From NCBI GenBank assembly GCA_040905365.1, contig JBBDRQ010000080.1:3326-67325 (forward strand): a stretch of DNA of 64,000 bases, in the 5' to 3' direction. The DNA is from Actinomycetota bacterium (GTDB lineage: Bacteria > Actinomycetota > CADDZG01 > JAHWKV01). Below are positions 18,301 through 26,460 of this stretch, piece after piece. Numbering within the stretch: the stretch's first letter is position 1; every line of letters starts with the position of its first letter. A program made the position numbers and the translations under genes. The notes beneath the pieces were generated by a model, which saw only the letters and a list, made by a program, of their open reading frames with translations, searched no databases and had not been told where the DNA came from.

Positions 18301-19941
18301 CTAAATCCAACCGCAGGTTAGTCCTCCGCAGTCGAAGTTGCCTATCCACATCAGGCGCTGCCACACGTCGTAGGGCATCTCCACGGCGGTTAGGACCGGA
18401 TAGAAGATCAACAGCATCAATCCCACCCCTACGGCGAGGTAGAGCCAAACGAGCCGCTGGGCCACCCGACTTCTTCGGCGCAGAGCATTTAGTCCCGCGG
18501 CCAGGCCAATCATCATGAACGGCACCGCGGGTGTCATGTAGAACAGAAACAACGGGCGCGCTACCAGCAGCCAGGGCAGATACTGCACCGCCCAGGCCCC
18601 GGCCACGACCGTCTCGGGCCGCCATCCGCGCAAACTCCGCAAGACAAGCCACACAGCCGCAATAAGTGCTCCAATCCACACAATCGGGTTGCCCATAGCC
18701 ACGATGTGCTCTACCTGGGTGCCTTCGGGCTCGACCTCAACTGAGTCCCAGTGGTAGGCAACCGGCCTGAGCACCAAGGGCCAGGTCCAGGCTTGCGACT
18801 GATACGGGTGCGTTGCATCCAGGGTCAGGTGATAGTGCGCAACCCGGTCGTGCAGATCCATGAACCCTAGAGCGGCGCCTCCTACGCCGTCGACGCATTG
18901 GGCCTCCGTCAAACCCAGATTGCCGGCCGAGAGGATCCGACCGGAGTCGGACCCCGGCACGACAAAGCCACAGTCGGCTTTGGATTGCTGGACGAAGTAG
19001 TCGCCGTAGGATCCGAGGTAAACCGTCAAGGGCACCAGCCCAAAGGCGAGCGCCAAGACGGCTACCTCTTTTAGACCCGCGCGTCGCAGGTTCGGGCGAA
19101 CCCCCCGCTCGTCGGTGCGCCGGCGAAGTTTGAGCAGGCCCAACGACCACGCCAGGGCGAACAGCCCGGCTGCCGCCATGGGGTACACGGCCGACCACTT
19201 CACCGACAGAGCCAGACCGAAGGCTGCACCTGCCGCCATCCGCATGGACCATCCCCTGGACGGCGTTTCGCCCTCGCCGCCGGAGCGCAGGTGCCGGCGG
19301 ACCGCCAGGACGTTTTGCCTATCCAGGGCTATAAACCAGTAGCCCAGCACAACAAAGAACGCCAGGAAGATATCCAGCATCGCTATCCGGCTCTGCACTA
19401 TCAGCAGGAAGTCGGCAGCCACCAGCAGACCGGCGATCAACGCAGTGGGAGCGTCGAACAGGCTCTCGGTCAGGCGCCACACCAACACGACGAGCCCCAC
19501 ACCGAACAGCGCCGCCATAACCCGCCAGCCGACCGGAGTGAATCCGAACGCCTGTATTCCCACGGAAATGATCCACTTGCCCAATGGCGGGTGCACGTAC
19601 GACTGTTCCTGCGCCTGCTCCAGCTCGCATTCCTCGGCGGATCGCTCGAGGTAAACGCAGGCGTCCTTGGCGTAGTACGTCTCGTCGAATACAAACGAGT
19701 CGGGCTCGTCGAGGCGCACCAGGCGAACCGCTGAAGCCAGCACCAGAATCAACAGCAAAGCGATATGAACACGGCGGCGATTGGCCGCCGGCAACGGCTC
19801 GCGGCCGGCCGCACCGGTCGAGGCGCGCGGGGCTTCCTCAGACAAGATCGGGCAACTCGATGGCTGTGGCGCTAGCATCCATAGGGTTCGGGTCAGTATA
19901 GGAGCCCCGGTAACGGGGGCGCCCAAAGCTACCAAAAGCAT
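18301..19941 (-). CDS. phospholipid carrier-dependent (PMT-family) protein O-mannosyltransferase
   Basis: Polytopic membrane protein with FVFDETYYAKDA and HPPLGKW motifs. It sits in the conserved position next to rsmI. The start may be the internal Met at aa 22. Confidence 0.8.
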   Translation of the reverse strand: MLLVALGAPVTGAPILTRTLWMLAPQPSSCPILSEEAPRASTGAAGREPLPAANRRRVHIALLLILVLASAVRLVRLDEPDSFVFDETYYAKDACVYLERSAEECELEQAQEQSYVHPPLGKWIISVGIQAFGFTPVGWRVMAALFGVGLVVLVWRLTESLFDAPTALIAGLLVAADFLLIVQSRIAMLDIFLAFFVVLGYWFIALDRQNVLAVRRHLRSGGEGETPSRGWSMRMAAGAAFGLALSVKWSAVYPMAAAGLFALAWSLGLLKLRRRTDERGVRPNLRRAGLKEVAVLALAFGLVPLTVYLGSYGDYFVQQSKADCGFVVPGSDSGRILSAGNLGLTEAQCVDGVGGAALGFMDLHDRVAHYHLTLDATHPYQSQAWTWPLVLRPVAYHWDSVEVEPEGTQVEHIVAMGNPIVWIGALIAAVWLVLRSLRGWRPETVVAGAWAVQYLPWLLVARPLFLFYMTPAVPFMMIGLAAGLNALRRRSRVAQRLVWLYLAVGVGLMLLIFYPVLTAVEMPYDVWQRLMWIGNFDCGGLTCGWI

Positions 19942-19971
19942 TCAGCCATCAGCGGGCGAGCGCAGATAGCG

Positions 19972-20349
19972 GTGAGATTGTTCGAAAAAGCCGACAAAAG
20001 ACCGGGCCTGCAGTTGGTCGACCCCGCCCGGCCCTGGGTTGCTATCGATGCGTGGGAGGCTCGAGGCTTTCTCGAGAGGAGTCACGGACTGCTGGATGCG
20101 CCCGCGGTCGGAGCGGGCCGGGGATTGCTGCTGCGAACCCGGCAGGTGCACACTCTGGGCATGACCTTTCCAATCGACACCGTCTACCTGGCGTCCGACG
20201 GCACGGTCTTGAAGACCAAGACCCTCAAACCCTGGCGGATCGGACCTTTGGTGCTGCGCGCCCGGTGGATAATCGAGATGGATGCCGGAGAGGCCGCCCG
20301 CCGCGAGATCACCCCGGGGACGCGGCTGGTCAAAAGGTACCGCGCATGA
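19972..20349 (+). CDS. DUF192 domain protein
   Basis: GLL...VHTLGMTFPIDTVYL...VLK pattern. GTG start. The stop overlaps the rsmI ATG. Confidence 0.65.
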   Translation: MRLFEKADKRPGLQLVDPARPWVAIDAWEARGFLERSHGLLDAPAVGAGRGLLLRTRQVHTLGMTFPIDTVYLASDGTVLKTKTLKPWRIGPLVLRARWIIEMDAGEAARREITPGTRLVKRYRA

Positions 20350-21194
20350 AGGGCAAGCTGTACGTGTGCGCCACTCCGATCGGCAACCTAGAGGATGCCA
20401 GCTATCGACTTGTGCGCATCCTTGGGGAGGTCGACCTAGTCGCCGCCGAGGACACCCGCCGGACCCGCAAACTGCTCAACCACTACGGAGTAAAAGCAAG
20501 CCTGGCCGCATACCACGACGCCAACGAACGCAAACAGACCGGCTACCTGGTGGACAAGATGACGCGCGGCGCCCGCCTGGCACTGGTGACCGACGGCGGG
20601 ATGCCCGGCGTGTCCGACCCCGGATTCCGCCTTATCCGGGCCTGCATCGCCTCGAAGATCGACGTGGAGGTGATCCCGGGACCCTCGGCGGTGCTGACCG
20701 CACTGGTTCTGGCCGGTTTGCCGACCGCCCGCTTTTGCTTTGAGGGGTTCCTGCCCAAAACGGGCACGGCGAAACAACGCCGCCTCACCGATCTGGCCGG
20801 TGAGGAGCGCACGATGGTGTTCTTCGAATCACCCAAACGGGTTGTTGGGACTTTGACGGTGATGCGTGAGATCTGGGGGAACCGGTCAGTGGCCATCGCT
20901 CGCGAACTGACCAAGATGCACGAGGAGGTGCTAAGAGGCACGATCGACGAGGTCCTGGAGCAGCTACAGGCTCGAGTACTCGGAGAAGTCGTACTCGTCG
21001 TGTCCGGAACGGAAGCGACCCCTGGCGGGCTCAACGCTGCAATAACATACGCCCAGGACTTGGTGCGGGGTGGAACCCGCAAGTCCCAGGCGGCAGCTAC
21101 TGCAGCCGCCAGGTTCGACGCACCCAGACGTTCCGTCTACGATGGTCTGCTGGAACAATCTCCAAACCCCGGTGGTCCGGGGCCGGGAGGTTAG
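20346..21194 (+). CDS. rsmI: 16S rRNA (cytidine1402-2'-O)-methyltransferase
   Basis: MKGKLYVCATPIGNLEDASYR... and GMPGVSDPG motifs. The ATG at 20346 overlaps the upstream stop (ATGA). Confidence 0.9.
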   Translation: MKGKLYVCATPIGNLEDASYRLVRILGEVDLVAAEDTRRTRKLLNHYGVKASLAAYHDANERKQTGYLVDKMTRGARLALVTDGGMPGVSDPGFRLIRACIASKIDVEVIPGPSAVLTALVLAGLPTARFCFEGFLPKTGTAKQRRLTDLAGEERTMVFFESPKRVVGTLTVMREIWGNRSVAIARELTKMHEEVLRGTIDEVLEQLQARVLGEVVLVVSGTEATPGGLNAAITYAQDLVRGGTRKSQAAATAAARFDAPRRSVYDGLLEQSPNPGGPGPGG

Positions 21195-21463
21195 GCTGAA
21201 GCGGCCTCGCTCAAACCGGTAAAGCATGAGGAGCACACCATCCGACCGCCATACTCCTTGAGTTCGTCAGTCGAACCGCAGAATACGCAGGAGTCTTGCC
21301 GGGGGCTAAGAATGATGCGATCTTCTTCTAGCGAGATGTCCAGAACTCCGCCCTCTTTGAGGTCCAGAGACCGGCGAATCTCGGCGGGAATGACGATGCG
21401 GCCGAGCACATCCAGCTTCCGGCTCATACCCGTGTTTTTCATACCAGACGACATTATCCGCAC
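21191..21463 (-). CDS. AbrB/MazE/SpoVT-type DNA-binding protein with C-terminal CxxC...CxxC zinc ribbon
   Basis: MKNTGMSRKLDVLGRIVIPAEIRRSLDL (SpoVT-AbrB swapped hairpin) followed by CVFCGS...MVCSSCF. The GTG at 21463 lies 10 nt after AAGGAGG; an alternative ATG is at 21442. Confidence 0.75.
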   Translation of the reverse strand: MRIMSSGMKNTGMSRKLDVLGRIVIPAEIRRSLDLKEGGVLDISLEEDRIILSPRQDSCVFCGSTDELKEYGGRMVCSSCFTGLSEAASA

Positions 21464-21634
21464 TTGCGTTTAACCTCCTTCTTGGCTGCCACTAAGAGTG
21501 GGAAATAGTAGCAACTTGTGTAGAGATAGGACAATACCAGACTAACAGAAAGAGACAAGGAAATAGACACCAATTCCGACGCGGGCGTAATCCCCTCCAA
21601 AGACACCTTCTACATAACGACCCCTATCTACTAC

Positions 21635-23140
21635 GTGAACGACGTCCCGCACATCGGGCACGCATACACTACCGTGGCGGCTGATTTCGTCGCCCGCTAC
21701 CACCGCATGGCCGGCGAAGACGTCTTTTTTCTTACCGGGACCGACGAACACGGCCAAAAGATCGCCCAAGCGGCCGAGGCCAACAACGTCGATCCCCAGG
21801 CCTGGTGCGACGCAATGATCCCGCGCTGGAAGCAGGTCTGGGACCGGTTGGAGATCTCTTACGACGATTTCATTCGCACGACCGAGCCGCGCCACACCGA
21901 ACCCGTCCAGGAGTTGGTCAAACGCCTTTACGACCAGGGCGACATCTACCTGGACACTTACCGGGGGCCCTACTGTGTGGCCTGTGAAGCTTTCTACCAA
22001 GCCGGGGAGATCACCGACGATCTATGCCCAGTCCACGAGCGTCCGGTGCAGTGGCTGGAGGAGCAGAACTACTTCTTTCGGCTCAGCGCCTACGCGGACC
22101 GGCTACTGGAGCTGTACGAGCAGCATCCCGAGTTCGTCCAGCCCGATATCAGGCTCGCCGAGGTGGCCAGCTTCGTGAAGGCAGGACTGCAGGACCTGTC
22201 GATCTCGCGCACATCGTTCGCGTGGGGTGTGCCCATCCCGTGGGACCCCAAGCACGTCATGTACGTGTGGATCGACGCGCTGCAGAACTACACCACCGCA
22301 GCCGGCTACCTGAACGATCCGCAGCGATTCGGCCGCACCTGGCCGGCCGACGTCCACCTCATCGGCAAGGACATCCTGCGCCAGCACGCGATCATCTGGC
22401 CGGCTGTGTTGATGGCGGCCGGCCTGGATCTGCCCAACACCGTCTTTGCTCACGGCTTTCTGACCGTGGGCGGCAAGAAGATGTCCAAGACCAACCTGAC
22501 CGGAATTGCCCCGGAGCTGCTGCTGGACACCTTCGGCTCGGACGGATACCGGTACCACTTCCTGCGCGAAGGCACCTTCGGGCACGACGCCTCTTTCTCG
22601 TGGGAGGCCATGGTCGCCCGCTACAACGCCGACCTGGCCAACGACCTGGGCAACCTGGTCAGCCGCTCACTGGCCATGACCACCAACTACTTCGATGCGG
22701 TGATCCCCAAACCGGGCGAGGATACCGAGGCGGAGGTCAAGTTGCGGGAGACGGCGGCCGAAGCCGGCCGCCGCTTGGACGATGGGGTGCGCAACCTGGA
22801 TTTGGCGGGCGCCTTGTCCGCAGTGTTCGAGCTCGTAAGGGCCACCAACCACTACATCGACGACACAACGCCCTGGGCACTGGCCAAGCAGCCCGACCAG
22901 CGAGACCGGCTGGCCACCGTCTTGCACACCGTGTGCGAGGCGATCCGGCAAATCTCGCTTCTGATCTCCCCCGCCATGCCTGCCGCGTCGCGGCGCATCC
23001 GCGAACAGCTGGGCATCGACCTCGTCGACGACCGGCCGCTGGCCCAGAGCCTGCCGGCGGGCCGCTCCCTGGTGGGGACCACCATCGATCGGGGCAAGAG
23101 CATATTTCCCAGAATCGACCCGGCCGACAACGGCGAATAG
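21635..23140 (+). CDS. metG: methionine--tRNA ligase (coordinates use the first canonical start; the true N-terminus probably begins upstream, see findings)
   Basis: HIGH motif (VPHIGHAYT) and KMSKT (KMSKS-type) motif, 501 aa from the GTG at 21635. The conserved TFYITTPIYY strand is encoded in-frame just upstream. Confidence 0.9.
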   Translation: MNDVPHIGHAYTTVAADFVARYHRMAGEDVFFLTGTDEHGQKIAQAAEANNVDPQAWCDAMIPRWKQVWDRLEISYDDFIRTTEPRHTEPVQELVKRLYDQGDIYLDTYRGPYCVACEAFYQAGEITDDLCPVHERPVQWLEEQNYFFRLSAYADRLLELYEQHPEFVQPDIRLAEVASFVKAGLQDLSISRTSFAWGVPIPWDPKHVMYVWIDALQNYTTAAGYLNDPQRFGRTWPADVHLIGKDILRQHAIIWPAVLMAAGLDLPNTVFAHGFLTVGGKKMSKTNLTGIAPELLLDTFGSDGYRYHFLREGTFGHDASFSWEAMVARYNADLANDLGNLVSRSLAMTTNYFDAVIPKPGEDTEAEVKLRETAAEAGRRLDDGVRNLDLAGALSAVFELVRATNHYIDDTTPWALAKQPDQRDRLATVLHTVCEAIRQISLLISPAMPAASRRIREQLGIDLVDDRPLAQSLPAGRSLVGTTIDRGKSIFPRIDPADNGE

Positions 23141-23144
23141 ACGC

Positions 23145-23942
23145 ATGTGGTTCGATTCCCACTGCCACCTGGACCGCCTCGACGATCCGGCGGAGAAGGT
23201 GCTGGAACGAGCCGGGGCGGCCGGCGTCGAGGGGGTAATCACTATCGGCACGGATCTGCCCAGCAGCGCCCGCGCCATCGAGTACGCCAACCGGCACAGC
23301 CGGGTTTGGGCGACGGTAGGCGTACACCCCCACGACGCCGAGTCTTTCGACAGCTCCACGAGCGGCGAGGTGGAGCGGCTGGCTTCCAGCGGCAAGGTAG
23401 TGGCCATCGGCGAGGTCGGCATGGATTTCTTTAGGGACCACGCCCAACCGGCGGTTCAGCAGGCGGCGTTCGCGGCTCAGATAGACATAGCCAAGCGGCT
23501 CGGGCTGCCGCTGGTAATGCACATCCGGGAGGCGTTCGACGCGGCGGTGCAGGTCTTGGAAGAGGTGGGCCCCCCCGACACGCTGATCTTTCACTGCTTC
23601 TCCGGCGACCGGATTCAAGCCGCCCGCGCGCTGCAGATGGGAGGGTTTGTATCGTTCGCCGGCAACGTTTCGTTCAAAAGCGCCCAGAACCTACGGGATG
23701 CGGCCGCCACCGTGCCTGCGGACCGCCTGCTGGTAGAGACCGATTCCCCCTATCTGGCTCCGGTTCCCTACCGGGGCAAACCCAACGAGCCCAGCTACCT
23801 GCCCATGGTGGGCGCCGCGGTGGCTCAGGCAGTGGGCAAGCCGGTACAGAGCGTGGCCGACGCGACGGTGCGCAACACGGTTAGGGCGTTTGGGCTGCCG
23901 GCCGAACTATCCGGTGCTAATGCTCGGCGCTACCCGCTTTGA
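23145..23942 (+). CDS. tatD: TatD-family metal-dependent hydrolase
   Basis: MWFDSHCHLD..., GEVGMDF, HCFSG and ETDSPYL motifs. Confidence 0.9.
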   Translation: MWFDSHCHLDRLDDPAEKVLERAGAAGVEGVITIGTDLPSSARAIEYANRHSRVWATVGVHPHDAESFDSSTSGEVERLASSGKVVAIGEVGMDFFRDHAQPAVQQAAFAAQIDIAKRLGLPLVMHIREAFDAAVQVLEEVGPPDTLIFHCFSGDRIQAARALQMGGFVSFAGNVSFKSAQNLRDAAATVPADRLLVETDSPYLAPVPYRGKPNEPSYLPMVGAAVAQAVGKPVQSVADATVRNTVRAFGLPAELSGANARRYPL

Positions 23943-24201
23943 CATCGGATATCTTGCCCTCGACCTCCGCGGCGCGTTGCTCCAGCCGGTTGATCTCGGC
24001 CAACCGCGGGTCCAGGGATTCGTGCTTGACCCTGTCCTCGCGAACCAGCTTCAGGGTTTGCTCACCCAGGCTGGTCAACTCACTCTTGAGGTCGTCACGC
24101 ACGCCCTTTAGCTCCAAGCTCAGCTTGGCGATACCGGCTTGCTTCTGAGCCTCGGTGCCGGCGTCCTTGGCCGCCTTTTTCGCTTTGTCCAAAAAAGACA
24201 T
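23917..24201 (-). CDS. small coiled-coil protein, function unknown
   Basis: 94 aa, charged heptad-like sequence (AKKAAKDAGTEAQKQ...LEQRAAEVEGKI). Its tail overlaps tatD convergently by 26 nt. Confidence 0.45.
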   Translation of the reverse strand: MSFLDKAKKAAKDAGTEAQKQAGIAKLSLELKGVRDDLKSELTSLGEQTLKLVREDRVKHESLDPRLAEINRLEQRAAEVEGKISDVKAGSAEH

Positions 24202-24258
24202 ATCCGTCTCCTTTACGCGTCTACGCGTCTCTAGATTCTAGTCGAGCCCCTAACAAGC

Positions 24259-24660
24259 TCAGCCCTCGGCCGACTCCTCGAAGTTGAGAGAGCGGGAATT
24301 GATGCAGTAGCGCTGGCCCGTCGGCCCCGGGCCGTCGTCGAACACGTGGCCCAGGTGGGATCCGCAGTTGGCGCACAGCACCTCGGTACGGCGCATAAAC
24401 ATGGAGTTGTCCGGTTCCAGCCGCACCTTTCCGTCCGCAACCGGCTGGGTGAAGCTGGGCCACCCGGTGCCGGAATCGAACTTCACGTCGGAGTCGAACA
24501 GCTCCGCGTCGCACGCCGTGCACCGGTAGGTACCCGGTCGCTTGTTGTCGACATAGGCGCCGGTGAACGGCCGCTCGGTCCCTTTCTCCCTCAGCACGTG
24601 ATACTGCTCGGGGGTTAGCTTCTCCCGCCACTGTTGCTCGCTAAGCTCTTCGGCATCCAA
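24259..24660 (-). CDS. msrB: peptide-methionine (R)-S-oxide reductase
   Basis: [47 protein letters not shown] and RYCINS motifs. I prefer the TTG at 24660 because the longer ORF (to 24792) overlaps the upstream gene. Confidence 0.85.
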   Translation of the reverse strand: MDAEELSEQQWREKLTPEQYHVLREKGTERPFTGAYVDNKRPGTYRCTACDAELFDSDVKFDSGTGWPSFTQPVADGKVRLEPDNSMFMRRTEVLCANCGSHLGHVFDDGPGPTGQRYCINSRSLNFEESAEG

Positions 24661-24686
24661 TTGGGTCTCCCCGTTGATCGGTGCTC

Positions 24687-24965
24687 CTACAACCGTCCCA
24701 GTCCGCCCAGCCTTGCCCTGGAATGGCCGTTTCGGTGCACGTCGGTAAGGATCATCTCGGGCTCGCGCGTGATGGTGACCTTCGGGATCCACTCCTTGAT
24801 CTTGTCGCCGTGCCTGGCGAACAGGTAGTAGCTAATCAACGCGGCTCCGAGCCCCAGCAGTGCGCCGCCCAGGGCTCTGCCCGCAACCACGCTGCCGGCG
24901 CCGGAGGAAAGCACCGTTGCCGGCGGCTTGGTGAGCAGAGTCAATCGGGTTGTTTTGCGCCTCAT
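24687..24965 (-). CDS. small membrane protein, function unknown
   Basis: 92-aa ORF with one clear TM helix ([21 protein letters not shown]). It is weakly supported. Confidence 0.35.
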   Translation of the reverse strand: MRRKTTRLTLLTKPPATVLSSGAGSVVAGRALGGALLGLGAALISYYLFARHGDKIKEWIPKVTITREPEMILTDVHRNGHSRARLGGLGRL

Positions 24966-25126
24966 CGGATACCCTCCTAACTGGGCCGGGCGGTCTCTAG
25001 TCTCGATAGTAGTTCAAAGGTTATTCGATTGCTCATACAGCCTTTTGCGCCCACCGCCCGTAGACTCCCGGAGCGACCGGAGTTAGATTGGTGCTGTGCC
25101 GGACGACATTGGAAGGAGTCTTAGCA

Positions 25127-25444
25127 ATGTTGGATGATCCGGAGTTCTTAGCAGCGGTCGAACGGGCTCAGCAAGAGATCAACGAAAAGCTCCAGACCGA
25201 GCTGTGCCGGCACGGCGAACGGGCCTACGACGACAACGGCCAGCCGTCTCCCTGTCCGCAGTGCCTGGAGACTTCGAGCGAGCGGGCCCAGAACTTCTGG
25301 GAAGGCGCCAAGCAGTACATGGACGGCGTCAAACCTGCCGACGAAGGCCGGCAGTCCGGTCCTAGCAACTCTCACTTCACCGAGACCCCCGGTTTTCCGG
25401 AGCCCGAGAAAAGCAGCGGCTACAAACAGAGTCCGGAGCGCTAA
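25127..25444 (+). CDS. hypothetical protein
   Basis: The ATG at 25127 is preceded by GGAAGGAG at proper spacing. 105 aa, with a possible Cys pair (CPQC). Confidence 0.45.
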   Translation: MLDDPEFLAAVERAQQEINEKLQTELCRHGERAYDDNGQPSPCPQCLETSSERAQNFWEGAKQYMDGVKPADEGRQSGPSNSHFTETPGFPEPEKSSGYKQSPER

Positions 25445-25860
25445 CGGGCTTTGCGGGCAGGCGGTGAACCGGCACGCACGATCGACCATGCCCACCAGAT
25501 CAACACCGGCTGCAGCGGCAGTCGCAGCCACAACAGCACCGCAGAACCGGTAAAGAAGCCGCCGTCGGGGTCCGCTCCGTCCAAAGCCATTTGGACGTTG
25601 GCCGGAAACACGGCGACCAACAAGGCAGCCGTGACCGCCCCTCCCCAGCGCCGGGTTCGCGGCACCAAAAGCAGCGCGGCCGCCGCAAGCTCCAGGATGC
25701 CGCTGGCCTGGACGAAAAACTCCTCGTGGCCCAACACCCGGGGAACGATCTTTTCGTAGGGCTCGGGCTTGATCAGGTGCAGTACGCCCGATCCTACCAA
25801 CAACAGCGCCAGGGCAACCGGCGACGCCCGCCGCAGCCACCCGCCCGCGTCGAGGCTCAC
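25441..25860 (-). CDS. DoxX-like membrane protein
   Basis: Four hydrophobic helices with GILELAAAALLLVP...VFPANVQMA pattern. The GTG start overlaps the upstream stop (GTGA). Confidence 0.65.
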   Translation of the reverse strand: MSLDAGGWLRRASPVALALLLVGSGVLHLIKPEPYEKIVPRVLGHEEFFVQASGILELAAAALLLVPRTRRWGGAVTAALLVAVFPANVQMALDGADPDGGFFTGSAVLLWLRLPLQPVLIWWAWSIVRAGSPPARKAR

Positions 25861-26306
25861 CGGGGTGCGGCCAAGTAACGTTGCAGGCCCCTGCGTCCCC
25901 TAAGCATCATCAGAACATGGTTGAGGCGGAATACCGGCCGGGCGATCGGGGCAAGCGCTCTGAGCAGGCGCTTGTTGACGACCACCTCCTGCTCGTAGGT
26001 GAGGCCGCACCCGGCGGAGTTTTCCTCGATGCGCCACGACGACCATCCCTGAAGATCTCCCACCAGTGACGCCCGCAAGATGCCGGATTCCGGATCGTCG
26101 ATCTGCTGCTCCAGCACGAACTCCAGGCAGTACGGAAGCACTCCCATGATCCGCACCACAGCCCGGGTAGCGCTGAGCGGAATGACGCTTTTGACCTCCG
26201 GCCACCATGACGAGTACGAGCCCAGGTCTCTAAGAGCAGCGTAGGTGCTTTGGCAATCGGCATCCACGGACCACCTCGCGTGAAACCGGTAGCGGTTCAG
26301 GTCCAT
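25857..26306 (-). CDS. SRPBCC (polyketide cyclase/START-like) family protein
   Basis: YSSWWPEVKSV and GDLQGWSSWRIEE patterns. I trimmed to the ATG at 26306 (MDLNRYRF). Confidence 0.65.
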   Translation of the reverse strand: MDLNRYRFHARWSVDADCQSTYAALRDLGSYSSWWPEVKSVIPLSATRAVVRIMGVLPYCLEFVLEQQIDDPESGILRASLVGDLQGWSSWRIEENSAGCGLTYEQEVVVNKRLLRALAPIARPVFRLNHVLMMLRGRRGLQRYLAAPR

Positions 26307-26460
26307 GACTTCAGATTCGGATCCACCGCGCCGGTTGGATTGCGCGCGTAGTGCCGTGACCACTAACGTTTGCGAGGTTTGGAGCGCGTGAGATGTTTCC
26401 TGGCAAGGCCGCGCTTCCGCTCACGCCGCCCAGCACCGTAAGGGCCGGCGCCGCCGTCGC

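Noticed and set aside
24661-24792. Long form of msrB starting at ATG 24792.
   Set aside because: It would overlap the upstream small ORF by more than 100 nt and add a His/Arg-rich extension absent from MsrB proteins. The TTG at 24660 gives the typical ...[16 protein letters not shown]-terminus. The choice remains uncertain.
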